A stretch of 64,000 bases of DNA from Ostreococcus lucimarinus. Taxonomy: Eukaryota. The notes under the pieces are model-generated. The model was not told where the DNA came from. It was given only the letters and a program-made list of their open reading frames with translations, and searched no databases. Where the stretch lies: NCBI GenBank assembly GCA_000092065.1, contig CP000583.1; one strand, 5' to 3'. Of the stretch, positions 1 to 8,952 are shown in pieces; position 1 is the first letter of the stretch; every line of letters starts with the position of its first letter. The translations under genes and the position numbers were made by a program.

Positions 1-25
1 CACCGCGGCGCGCGGCGCGCGAACG

Positions 26-730
26 ATGCGCGCGACGACGACGACGACGACGACGCGCGGGCGAGGACGCGGACGCGTCCGACCGCGCGGGCGGCGCGAG
101 GACGCGCGGACGGCGCGAGGACGCGCGACGCGCGGCGACGGACGGGACGACGCGCGCGCGATCGATCGACGCGCGGTGACGGTCGCGAAGGCGGCGCTCG
201 CGCTGGGGGAGGCGCTCGCGTTCCCGTGGCTCACGGAGGCGGCGACGCGGCCGCGCGCGAACGGGGACGAGGACGTGCGAACGGGGACGCGGGCGTGGTT
301 CGCGTCGTTGCTGCCCGCGGAGCGCGACGCGAGGGCGATGGAGGAGGCGGTCGCGGCGCTGGCGCGCGGCGAGCGGGCGTTGGGGGAGAAAAATGCGAAA
401 GCCGCGATCGAGGCGCTGTCGAAGATCGAGACGCTGGTGCCGCGGGAGTACAAGCTGAATCAACGCGCCGGGTTGCTGCTGAGCGAGGCGTACAAGCTCG
501 CGGGCGATAACGCGAGGTATCTGGAGTATAAAAATCGCGTGTGGTGGTGGGGAAGGGGTTTGCGATGGCCGGGTTGGTACATAATCGCGTATCTGAGCGC
601 TCGAAGCGCGTATTTCGACGCTAAAGAGGACGACGAGGCGGCGTTTTCGATGTCGGAAGCCGGCGTCGTCGCGCCGCTGTGGGTCGGTTTGCTGTTCCTG
701 CTCGTGGAATACGGCTTGCCCGATTACTAG
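26..730 (+). CDS. Hypothetical organelle-targeted protein (Arg/Thr-rich N-terminus, C-terminal hydrophobic helix)
   Basis: True ATG at 26 and TAG at 728-730. High-GC3 codon usage. N-terminal RGRGR/T-rich presequence and C-terminal 'PLWVGLLFLLVEYGL' helix. No family recognised. Confidence 0.4.
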   Translation: MRATTTTTTTRGRGRGRVRPRGRREDARTARGRATRGDGRDDARAIDRRAVTVAKAALALGEALAFPWLTEAATRPRANGDEDVRTGTRAWFASLLPAERDARAMEEAVAALARGERALGEKNAKAAIEALSKIETLVPREYKLNQRAGLLLSEAYKLAGDNARYLEYKNRVWWWGRGLRWPGWYIIAYLSARSAYFDAKEDDEAAFSMSEAGVVAPLWVGLLFLLVEYGLPDY

Positions 731-765
731 CGGATAGATTGCGGATAGATAGCGGATAGATAACG
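731..765. repeat. (GCGGATAGAT)x3 short tandem repeat in the 5' flank of the BRCT gene, followed by two copies of a TCATCAT(T)TTGCGCGC motif (780-830)
   Basis: Read directly: gcggatagattgcggatagatagcggatagata. Confidence 0.6.
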
Positions 766-951
766 CGCGGTTAGTTGACGATTTGTTTGTTTCATCATTA
801 TTTGCGCGCATCATCGCGCATCATCATTTGCGCGCCGTCGTCCGCGAGCCTCGAGCGACGACTCTGCGCGAGCGCTCCGAGCGGTCGAGCATCTGGAAGA
901 CGTCACCGTCGCGCGCGCGACGTGCGTCGGCGTCCCGCGCGCGCGCGACGC

Positions 952-2625
952 ATGCCGTGGCGCGGACGCGCGCGAGAGGCACGCGTACCTCGCGCGTTCG
1001 ACGCGAACCGAAGCCTCAGACGCGGCGCGAACGGTGTCGACGACGCCGAGGACGATGCGCCTCGACAAACCAGGCACTCGCGCGCGACGACGTCGTGCGT
1101 CGTCTCTTCGCCGCCGCGCGACGACGAAAGACTGAGCGATTTGTTCGCGGGCGCGACGTTCTACTTCGACGGGTACGTCCCCGAGGGCGCGAGCGTCGTG
1201 CGGACGCTCGCGGAGCGACACGGGGGGAGGGTGGCGCTGGTGTGGAGCAAGACGGCGAAGATTACGCACTACGTCGTCGAGGATTACGGATGCATGGACG
1301 AAATGGCGCGAGATAGACATAGAAGAGGCAAGAGTAAAGAAATGCGATGCGTGCGCTCGTCCTGGATCATGCGATCGATCGATGATGGGCGACTGGTTGA
1401 GGATTACGCCGCGCACGCGCCGAGAGGGACGCCGCGCGCGTCTCCGAAGAAATCGAAGCGAGAGGCGGCGCTGACGGAGATGGATTTGGTGGACCTCATC
1501 ATCGACACCGCGTGGAACGGTACCGGTGGTGTGTCGACGCAGAAGGCGCTGCGCGAGACGTGGGTGATTCGCGTGATTTTTGACCGCGTCGTCAAGGTGA
1601 TGCAGGACGGCAGGACGAAGGACGCCGACGTTCGATTGATTTCATTCAAGGCGTATAACGCGTTGAAACAAGTCGTTCACGAAAGGTGGATCGTGCCAGT
1701 GAGTGCATCGGAGGCGTTAGTTCACATCGAAGGCACAAAAAACATAGGTAAGCGAAACAATTTCGTCACTTCGCAATCGTCGCCGACGGATGCGGCGCAG
1801 GCGCTCGAGTGGATTATGGTGGATGAAAAGGGCGTCAACGTAACCGCGACGATGCACGACGTCCGTAGTGACGGTTGGGATCCGTCGTGGTTAACCGAGC
1901 GCGCTTCAGCGGACGCTTCAGTGGGAGTCGTGACGCGGCGCGCGAGTCGAGCCGCGGCGGCGTCGCAGGATGAGCAAGATTTGCCAACTTTGTCTCAATT
2001 GTCAAACATTGATCCGGAAGATTTGGAGGCGCTCGACCCTCAGACTAGATACGAGTGGTCTAAAGCGCGCGCGGATAGAGAGAATCAGCGCTTACAACAT
2101 CGAAATGTGGCGAACTCTTCGGCGTTCCAGCTACTGAAGGCGTGCGGCTCGGGAAAAGCCGGAAAAGCCATCAAGACGAGGCGACCGGCGCCGGTCGCCG
2201 CGTCTTCGCCAGCGAAACGTCAAATCACTACGCGTAAAGGCGCGCAGCGCGCTGGCGTCAAGAAGAGTGCACAAATGCCGATCACGGCGTACGCCAGTCC
2301 TGTGAAGGAAAAAGGAGGACAAGAAGCGGCGCGACGTTCGTGCGTCGGCGAACCCGTCATGGCGAGCACATCCGTGCACACCGCAACTCTCTTGCATGCT
2401 CTAGAAAGAGTTCTCAGCGTCGACGCGCAATGTCCAGTCGACGACCGCGTTGATGTCGTCGCCGAAATCGTACGATTGCACATCGAAGAGCTCGCGCACG
2501 ACGGACGCCGACAAGAAGTCAGAGCCGTGCGCTGCGGACTCGAAAATTTGTACAGCGATCATCCGAGCTGGGTCGCGGCGCGCGCGAACATCTTGACCGC
2601 GACGGCATCATTAGCGAAACAATAG
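952..2625 (+). CDS. BRCT-domain protein (N-terminal BRCT, long C-terminal region)
   Basis: BRCT signature 'LFAGATFYFDGYV...GGRV...ITHYVVED...WIMRSIDDGRL'. First ATG in frame is at 952; the track start at 775 is non-ATG. The exact 5' end and any introns are unresolved. Confidence 0.5.
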   Translation: MPWRGRAREARVPRAFDANRSLRRGANGVDDAEDDAPRQTRHSRATTSCVVSSPPRDDERLSDLFAGATFYFDGYVPEGASVVRTLAERHGGRVALVWSKTAKITHYVVEDYGCMDEMARDRHRRGKSKEMRCVRSSWIMRSIDDGRLVEDYAAHAPRGTPRASPKKSKREAALTEMDLVDLIIDTAWNGTGGVSTQKALRETWVIRVIFDRVVKVMQDGRTKDADVRLISFKAYNALKQVVHERWIVPVSASEALVHIEGTKNIGKRNNFVTSQSSPTDAAQALEWIMVDEKGVNVTATMHDVRSDGWDPSWLTERASADASVGVVTRRASRAAAASQDEQDLPTLSQLSNIDPEDLEALDPQTRYEWSKARADRENQRLQHRNVANSSAFQLLKACGSGKAGKAIKTRRPAPVAASSPAKRQITTRKGAQRAGVKKSAQMPITAYASPVKEKGGQEAARRSCVGEPVMASTSVHTATLLHALERVLSVDAQCPVDDRVDVVAEIVRLHIEELAHDGRRQEVRAVRCGLENLYSDHPSWVAARANILTATASLAKQ

Positions 2626-2696
2626 AAGTAATCGGTGTAGAAAACAGTAGCGAGCAGTAACGAAAAACAGTAGCGAGCAGTGACGAAGAGGGTCGT

Positions 2697-3299
2697 CTAC
2701 GCCGCCGCTTGGTCGGCGCTCGGATCCCACAAAATTTCCACGAGGACCTCGTTCGTTCTCATGATGCCGGGCGTCCACGGCGGATTATATCCCGCGTACT
2801 GCACGACGGTTTTCTCTCCGTGCGCCAGCTGAACGCCCGCAGCCTTCAACGCTTTCTTTAACGCCTCCGTCTGCGCTTCGATCTCTTCCTTCCGCATCCT
2901 TCCAGAAAATCTTCGCGCCGCCATCGTCCTCGCCGGCACGTCCTTCACCGCCACCTCGGGATCGAGCGCCCTCGGCGCTTGCGCCGCGCCCTCCGGAAAC
3001 TTACTCTTCGGCAGCACGAACTGCATCACGTATCGCGTCGCCGCCGTCGCGTCCGGCGTCATGAACACCGGCGCCGTCATCGCGATCTTCTCGTCCCGCG
3101 CGTTCCTCGGCTTCGACAGCACGCCGATGTACTTTGCGAGTCGCATGAAAGATTTGCCCTGCTCGTCGCGCTCGCGCGGGTCGTACGTCGTCTCGATCAC
3201 GCAGCACGCCTCGTACGTTCGCACCTCGTACCCATCGCACGCGCGCGCGACGTCGTACCGCGGTTGCTCCTCGGAGATCCGTCCGAGCGCGCTCCCCAT
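2697..3299 (-). CDS. SOUL/HBP heme-binding protein
   Basis: 'YEVRTYEA...MTAPVFM...QYAGYNPPWTPGIMRTNEV' matches the SOUL heme-binding family. ATG at 3297-3299. Confidence 0.8.
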   Translation of the reverse strand: MGSALGRISEEQPRYDVARACDGYEVRTYEACCVIETTYDPRERDEQGKSFMRLAKYIGVLSKPRNARDEKIAMTAPVFMTPDATAATRYVMQFVLPKSKFPEGAAQAPRALDPEVAVKDVPARTMAARRFSGRMRKEEIEAQTEALKKALKAAGVQLAHGEKTVVQYAGYNPPWTPGIMRTNEVLVEILWDPSADQAAA

Positions 3300-3346
3300 G
3301 GTCGACGAGTGACGTCGCGGCGACGACGTCGCGACACGCCGCCGCG

Positions 3347-4045
3347 ATGGCGACGACGGCGCGCGCGCAACGCGCGGTCGGGAAGCGCGCGGTCGCGCGC
3401 GGTCGAGACGCGCGTCGCGCGCGCGCGACGGCGGCGCGCGCGACGACGGCGAGCGCGACGCGCACGCGACGCGCGATGCTCGCGGTGCCGCCCGCGGTGC
3501 TCGCGGCGGCGCTGGCGATCGCGCCGACGCCGCGCGCGCGCGCCGAGGGGAAGCAAGATCGAGGGTGCGAGACGTGCAGCGATTCGAACTCGGCGATGAA
3601 CGACGGCGACAAGGTGTTCGTCGTCTCGGCGAGCGGGCTGAGGTACTTGGACCTGAAGGTGGGCGACGGCGCGGAGGCGGCGCCGGGAAAACGAGCGGTG
3701 ATCGATTGGGTCGGGTACACGGCTGGATATCAGGCGAAGAAGATCGAGTCGACGAGGGAGACGGACGAACCGTTCGTGTTCACGATCGGAGGCGGTGAGG
3801 CGATTCCTGGGTTTGAAGAAGCCGTCGCGGGGATGAAAGTCGGAGGCGTTCGAAGAATTGAAATTCCGGGCGAGTTGGAGGAAAAACTCGGATATTCGCG
3901 CGATAAGGCGCTGAGATATAACGTCGGCCCGAAGCCGACGTCTTTCGGAGGTCAGCGCACGTTGGATTTTGTTTTAGACAATCAAACGTTGCGAGACTTT
4001 AACCGCACGCTGTTGTTTGATATTCGTCTCTCCGCGTTGCGGTGA
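3347..4045 (+). CDS. FKBP-type peptidyl-prolyl isomerase, probably thylakoid-lumenal (twin-Arg 'TRRAML' signal)
   Basis: FKBP domain 'GLRYLDLKVGDG...VIDWVGYT...FVFTIGGGEAIPGFEEAVAGMKVGGVRRIEIP'. ATG at 3347. Sits 47 bp from the divergent SOUL gene start. Confidence 0.8.
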   Translation: MATTARAQRAVGKRAVARGRDARRARATAARATTASATRTRRAMLAVPPAVLAAALAIAPTPRARAEGKQDRGCETCSDSNSAMNDGDKVFVVSASGLRYLDLKVGDGAEAAPGKRAVIDWVGYTAGYQAKKIESTRETDEPFVFTIGGGEAIPGFEEAVAGMKVGGVRRIEIPGELEEKLGYSRDKALRYNVGPKPTSFGGQRTLDFVLDNQTLRDFNRTLLFDIRLSALR

Positions 4046-4108
4046 AAAGTTTCTTGAATTTTTTGTGATACTATTACAACCGATTTTGACGACGCGCCCC
4101 GATAGATG

Positions 4109-5113
4109 TCAAAAGAACAGCGCGCGCGCGAGCGACACCGCGGCGTTGGCTAAGAGAACTGATATTCCCGCGACGAGCGCGAGAAACATCGCGACGTATC
4201 TGCGATGCGGCTTCGGCTTCAGCTCGTCGGAATCGGGCACAACGGCGCGCCACATTCGATCATCCAGATAGCTCGTGCCTTCGCTCACAGTTTTCTCCAA
4301 CTCCACCGTTTGCCAATGCATCCCACGCGCGGGATCCCACACGAGTTCAGTTCGCATGCCGCCCGACGGTGTCACCGATCCCGCGACGCTGAGCGTCACG
4401 TTTTCGCACTGCGATCGTCCGAGCGCCTCCACGATGACGTCGGCGACGTCATTTCTTGAAACCTTCCCCGCGTGTACGTGAGCGTCACCGCTCCCGAGCA
4501 GCACACGTCGGTTTCCAGTCTCATCTTTCGCGCACTCCTCGTCGTCGCTCAGATTCCCCGGCCTCACGATGACGTACTTCATCCCGTTCTTCGCCTCTCT
4601 GCAAATCTTACGAATCGCAATCTCCCCCGCGAGCTGCCACTGAATCGTCATGCTCAGCACGACATTCAACAAAACAGCGATCCAATCGAACGCGGGATAT
4701 CCCACCGACATCCCAGTCACCCTGACGAACCGCGCGCACCCCGCATCCGCCGCGCATCGCGCCAGCGTCTCCACCGCGCCGTAGTTGACGTTGCGCGGGT
4801 GCGCCGCCTCTCGCTCCGGCGACCCATCGACCGCGAGAACGTCGCTCAACCTCGCTATGCGCTGCGCGCCGAAGCACGCGATCACGGCGGAGGTGCCCTC
4901 GCACGCGCGCGCGCAATCCTCCGCGCGCGTCGCGTCGCCCTGGATGACTTGAACGCCCGCCATGGAAGCCAACTTCTTCGCGCCCTCAGACGACGCGTCG
5001 CGCGCCATCACGCGCACGCCGCCGCCGCCGCGCTCGATCAAGCGCTCCACCACGCGCGCGCCGACTCGACCGGTGCCGCCGACGACGAGCGTGAGCGGCG
5101 CGACCGGCGTCAT
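4109..5113 (-). CDS. NAD(P)-binding Rossmann protein (NmrA-like/atypical SDR) with C-terminal hydrophobic tail
   Basis: 'LVVGGTGRVGARVVERL' glycine-rich motif and Rossmann-fold topology. ATG at 5111-5113. Confidence 0.6.
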   Translation of the reverse strand: MTPVAPLTLVVGGTGRVGARVVERLIERGGGGVRVMARDASSEGAKKLASMAGVQVIQGDATRAEDCARACEGTSAVIACFGAQRIARLSDVLAVDGSPEREAAHPRNVNYGAVETLARCAADAGCARFVRVTGMSVGYPAFDWIAVLLNVVLSMTIQWQLAGEIAIRKICREAKNGMKYVIVRPGNLSDDEECAKDETGNRRVLLGSGDAHVHAGKVSRNDVADVIVEALGRSQCENVTLSVAGSVTPSGGMRTELVWDPARGMHWQTVELEKTVSEGTSYLDDRMWRAVVPDSDELKPKPHRRYVAMFLALVAGISVLLANAAVSLARALFF

Positions 5114-5223
5114 CGCGAGTCAAAGCGCGAGCGAGTGACGGCGCGTCAGACCGCGACGCGAGCGCGAGCGTGTCCACCGAAACGCGCCGAGGCGAGAGCA
5201 GACGAAAGATGTCGTCCGCGGGC

Positions 5224-7122
5224 ATGCCTTACGGGCTGCAGGCCATGTTAAAGGTGCGGGAGACGCGCGCGCGATCGCGTCAACGTCCGCCGCGATGGCG
5301 ATGCGATGGCGTGATGATTAAGACGCGAGCGTCGCGCGACGCGCGCGCGGGACGGGCGCGCGCGACGTCGAAACGGTCGCGATCGATGTTTTGACGACGT
5401 CGCGACGTCGCGAACGTCGTTCGCGATGCGGCGCGTTGGTGACGATCGAAGATCATCAATCGCGCGTCGCGCGCGCGAAGACCCAGAGTCAACGAGACTG
5501 ACTGACGGACGAACGCACGAACGTAGGATGGACATAAACACCTGAGTGGACTCGATGAGGCGGTGATACGAAACATTGAAGCGTGTAAACAGTTGTCGAA
5601 GATCACGCGGACGTCCCTTGGGCCGAATGGCATGAATAAGATGGTCATCAACCACTTGGAACGTTTATTCGTGACGAGCGACGCGGCGGTGATCGTGCGA
5701 GAGTTGGAGGTGGCGCACCCGGCGGCGAGGTTGATTGTGATGGCGGCGCAATCGCAAGAGAGAGAGATGGGCGACGGAACGAATTTTGTGGTGAGTTTTG
5801 GGGGTGAGCTGTTGGGATTGGCGGAGGAGCTGGTGCGCGAGGGGTTGCACCCGAGCGAAATCATCGAAGGATACGAAAAGGCGGCGGCGAAGGCGTTGGA
5901 GTGGATGCAAGAGCTCGTGATTCCGGGCAGTGAAGTTTTGGACGTGCGTGATGTGAAGGCGACGGCGGGTCGAATCAAGGGCACGCTTAGCTCAAAGCAG
6001 CACGGGTTCGAGGACAAGTTGTCCATGGTCGTGGCCGAGGCGAGCGTCGACGTGTTGCCCAAGAATCCTTTGAATTTCAACGTCGACAACGTTCGCACGA
6101 CGAAGATTCCGGGGAGTTCTTTATCCGATTGCACCGTCGTTCAAGGTATGGTCATTCGACGAGGCGTTGAAGGGACGATTCGATCGCAGAAGAACGCCAA
6201 GGTGGCGGTGTTCGGATGCGCTGTCGACACGTCGACGACGGAAACCAAGGGGACAGTTTTAATTTCATCAGCGAGCGAACTCGAGGCGTACAGCAAGGGC
6301 GAGGAGGCGAAGATGGAAGAGTACATTAAAAACATCGCCGACAGCGGTGCTAAAGTGATCGTTTCCGGTCAGTCGTTCGGGGAAATGGCCATTCACTTCA
6401 TCGAAAGATACGGTTTGATGGCAATCAAAATTCCGTCCAAGTTTGAACTTCGACGCTTTTGCCGCGCGACGAACGCGCGAGGTTTAGTCAAACTCGATCG
6501 CCCGGAGGCAGATGAGCTCGGGTTCGCGTCTAGCATCGAAGTTCGAGAAATCGGTGGCACGCAATGCATCGTGTTGTCCCAAGATGATCACACGTCTCGC
6601 GTCGCCACCGTCATTCTGCGTGGTTCAACGGAGAGCGCTCTCGACGACATGGAACGCGCCGTGGACGACGGCGTCAACGCATTCAAAGCGCTCACGAAAG
6701 ACTCGCGCACGCTTCCTGCGGGAGGTGCAACGGAAATCGAACTCGCACACAGGCTCGCCGCGTACGGCCGCAAACAAACTGGATTAGATCAGTACGCCAT
6801 TCAAAAGTTTGCGCAGGCGCTCGAAATCGTTCCCAGAACGCTCGCCGAAAACGCCGGCGCGAACGCTACGGACAGCGTCTACAACCTCTACGCCGCGCAT
6901 GCAAATGGCGAGGTAAACGCCGGGATCGATATCACTGGCGACAACTCTTACGTCGATCTCGGCGCCACGCAAGGCATTTACGACGTGTTCCTCGTCAAGT
7001 ACTGGGCGCTCAAGTACGCCGTCGACGCCGTGTGCACGGTGCTTCGCGTCGACACCATCATCATGTCCAAGTTCGCGGGCGCCGGCGGCGGCGCCGCCCC
7101 TCCAGGCGGTGAAGAAGACTAA
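5224..7122 (+). CDS. CCT8: T-complex protein 1 subunit theta (CCT8). Exon 1 at 5224..5253, 273-nt intron, exon 2 at 5527..7122
   Basis: Exon 2 matches CCT8 throughout ('TRTSLGPNGMNKMVINHLERLFVTSDAAVIVRELEVAHPAARLIVMAAQ...GDGTNFV'). Exon 1 'MPYGLQAMLK' joined to 'DGHKHLSGLDEAVIRNIEA' reproduces the CCT8 N-terminus 'AQMLKEGAKHFSGLEEAVYRNIQA'. The donor is AAG|GTGCGG at 5254 and the acceptor is TAG| at 5526, and the reading phase is consistent. Confidence 0.85.
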
Positions 7123-7258
7123 TACGCGACGTCACAAAATCACCGAATCGCCGCGTTCCGCGCGCGCGATCGACGTTCATTAGAGGATTGTTACGCAGGG
7201 CGATTTGCCGACTCACCGACTCCCAACTAACGAACTCGCGTCACTTCCCGTCGACGGC

Positions 7259-7873
7259 ATGCGCGCCGCCGTCTCCCTCGCGCGCGCCGCTCTCGCGCCA
7301 TCGACGTCCGCGCGCGCGCGCGACCGTTCGCGACGCGCCGCCGTCCCGCGCGCGGGCTCCGACGCGTCGTCGTCGTCGTCTTCGTCGTCGAACGACGTTC
7401 GCCTTCGCCTCGACCCCGAACCCGATTCCGCGCTCGGTGCGCACGGCCTCGGCACGCACAAGATCCATCGCGGACGAAGAATACTAGCGTTCGAACCCGC
7501 GCGCAAGTTCGTGTGGTTTTTAGCGCTGAGAGACGAGGAGGAATGGCGGGACTGGTGCGCGAATTCGAGACGCGGGGCGGTGTTCATTCCTCGCGACCCC
7601 GCGGCGGCGTACGCGGACGACGGATGGTGCGGTTGGGACGATTGGCTCGGGCTGACGGTGGATTTCGAAACGGCGCGAGCGTGGGCGAGAGAACAAGGGT
7701 TCGAGAGTCAACAGGATTGGTGGTCGAAGACGGCGGCGCTGCCGCACAGAATTCCCGAACGTCCCGCGCAGTTCTTTCGGAACAAGGGGTGGTCTGGATA
7801 CGGCGATTTTTTGGGGTTGGACGCCGAGGATGATGATAACGAAGGACAGAACGCGAGCGTCGACGAGCGATGA
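7259..7873 (+). CDS. Organelle-targeted protein with two tandem ~50-aa Trp/Gly-rich repeats (EW..W....IP..P...Y...GW.G.GD.LG)
   Basis: Repeat 1 'EEEWRDWCANSRRGAVFIPRDPAAAYADDGWCGWDDWLG'. Repeat 2 'QQDWWSKTAALPHRIPERPAQFFRNKGWSGYGDFLG'. First ATG at 7259 (track start 7205 is TTG). Ser/Ala/Arg-rich presequence. Confidence 0.45.
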   Translation: MRAAVSLARAALAPSTSARARDRSRRAAVPRAGSDASSSSSSSSNDVRLRLDPEPDSALGAHGLGTHKIHRGRRILAFEPARKFVWFLALRDEEEWRDWCANSRRGAVFIPRDPAAAYADDGWCGWDDWLGLTVDFETARAWAREQGFESQQDWWSKTAALPHRIPERPAQFFRNKGWSGYGDFLGLDAEDDDNEGQNASVDER

Positions 7874-7954
7874 GCGTTTCGAATCGTTGGGCGGTTTATT
7901 CTTTCGTCTGCGCTCGCGCCGCGGCCGTTTTAACTTAATTTACATTTATGGTCA

Positions 7955-8938
7955 TCAGCTGAGGTTGCTAATCAATGTGAGCGAAAACGCACGCCATAAA
8001 TATGCCATAAAGGTGACATCCCCGTTGTACTCCTCCGACGTGGCGCCGAACGCGCGAGTGAGCCTCGCGCGTGACTCCACGAGCGCCGCTCGACAAGAAT
8101 CGAGCTCTGGTCTCGCGACATCGAACGAGAGCAACACCACTCCAGCGTCCCTAGACACGTTCCAAAACGCGCTCGGGTGATAATCGTTCACGACGTGCAC
8201 AGAACCCACCTCGAGCGCGCGCGTTTCGTCCCCCGAACGCAACCCAGCGGCTTTGCCGTGCAATCCCGCGTCTCGGGCCAACACCACGTGCGCGCGCCAG
8301 TACCCGTCCGAGAGCCCCGTCGTCACGCGTCCCGTCGCGCTCGACGCCCCGCCCGCCCCAGGACTCAGCACCCAAATCTTTCCATTGAATCCACCCACCG
8401 ACGCCACGACCGCGGACGTGCTCGGAAAGCACCTCGCCGCCAAGCGACTCGGCGCGTCGAGCGTCGCGTCGTGTAACGGAATCGTCCCCCATCCCGCGTC
8501 CCGCATCTTCTCGCTCGGCTGCCGCGCGTCCGCGACGTCTCCACCGACCCCACTCAACTCACCCTTCCCCTCGCACGCTCCTCGCACGAACGACGCTAAC
8601 TCTCTCGCGAACGCCGGCGCGTTGTCCCGAACCGCCTCCGCGAACGTCGCCGTCGTCTCCCTCTCGAACGCCCCATCGCCTCGTTTCCGTCGGTACCGTC
8701 CCAGCGCGAGTCCATAAAACGCAAACACCGGCCGTCCGCACCACGCGCGCCAGTACGGGAGCACCAGCGCGCTGACGCACAGCGCGCACGCCGTCCCGAT
8801 GTGTCCCTTTCGTTCGTATCCTCGCGCCGACAGCGTCAGGACGAGCGCACCGTACGGCGCCGCGAACGCCATCCATCGCGCGTGGTCTCCGAGCGCTCGA
8901 GTCCTCGGTCGTCGTCGCGCCGCGCGCTCGCGCGCCAT
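7955..8938 (-). CDS. Aspartyl/asparaginyl beta-hydroxylase-like (AspH-family cupin/2OG oxygenase) membrane protein
   Basis: C-terminal 'ALEVGSVHVVNDYHPSAFWNVSRDAGVVLLSFDVARPEL' fits the AspH-family 'W.EG...FDD.F.HE.WN.S...RVVL..D.WHPEL' block. Two N-terminal hydrophobic helices. ATG at 8936-8938. Family assignment is from memory. Confidence 0.45.
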   Translation of the reverse strand: MARERAARRRPRTRALGDHARWMAFAAPYGALVLTLSARGYERKGHIGTACALCVSALVLPYWRAWCGRPVFAFYGLALGRYRRKRGDGAFERETTATFAEAVRDNAPAFARELASFVRGACEGKGELSGVGGDVADARQPSEKMRDAGWGTIPLHDATLDAPSRLAARCFPSTSAVVASVGGFNGKIWVLSPGAGGASSATGRVTTGLSDGYWRAHVVLARDAGLHGKAAGLRSGDETRALEVGSVHVVNDYHPSAFWNVSRDAGVVLLSFDVARPELDSCRAALVESRARLTRAFGATSEEYNGDVTFMAYLWRAFSLTLISNLS

Positions 8939-8952
8939 CGCGTCGTCCCGAA

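Noticed and set aside
1746-1800. Candidate intron AG|GTAAGC...GCGCAG in the BRCT gene
   Set aside because: Its 55-nt length would break the long downstream frame, and the read-through peptide is plausible, so there is no support for splicing.
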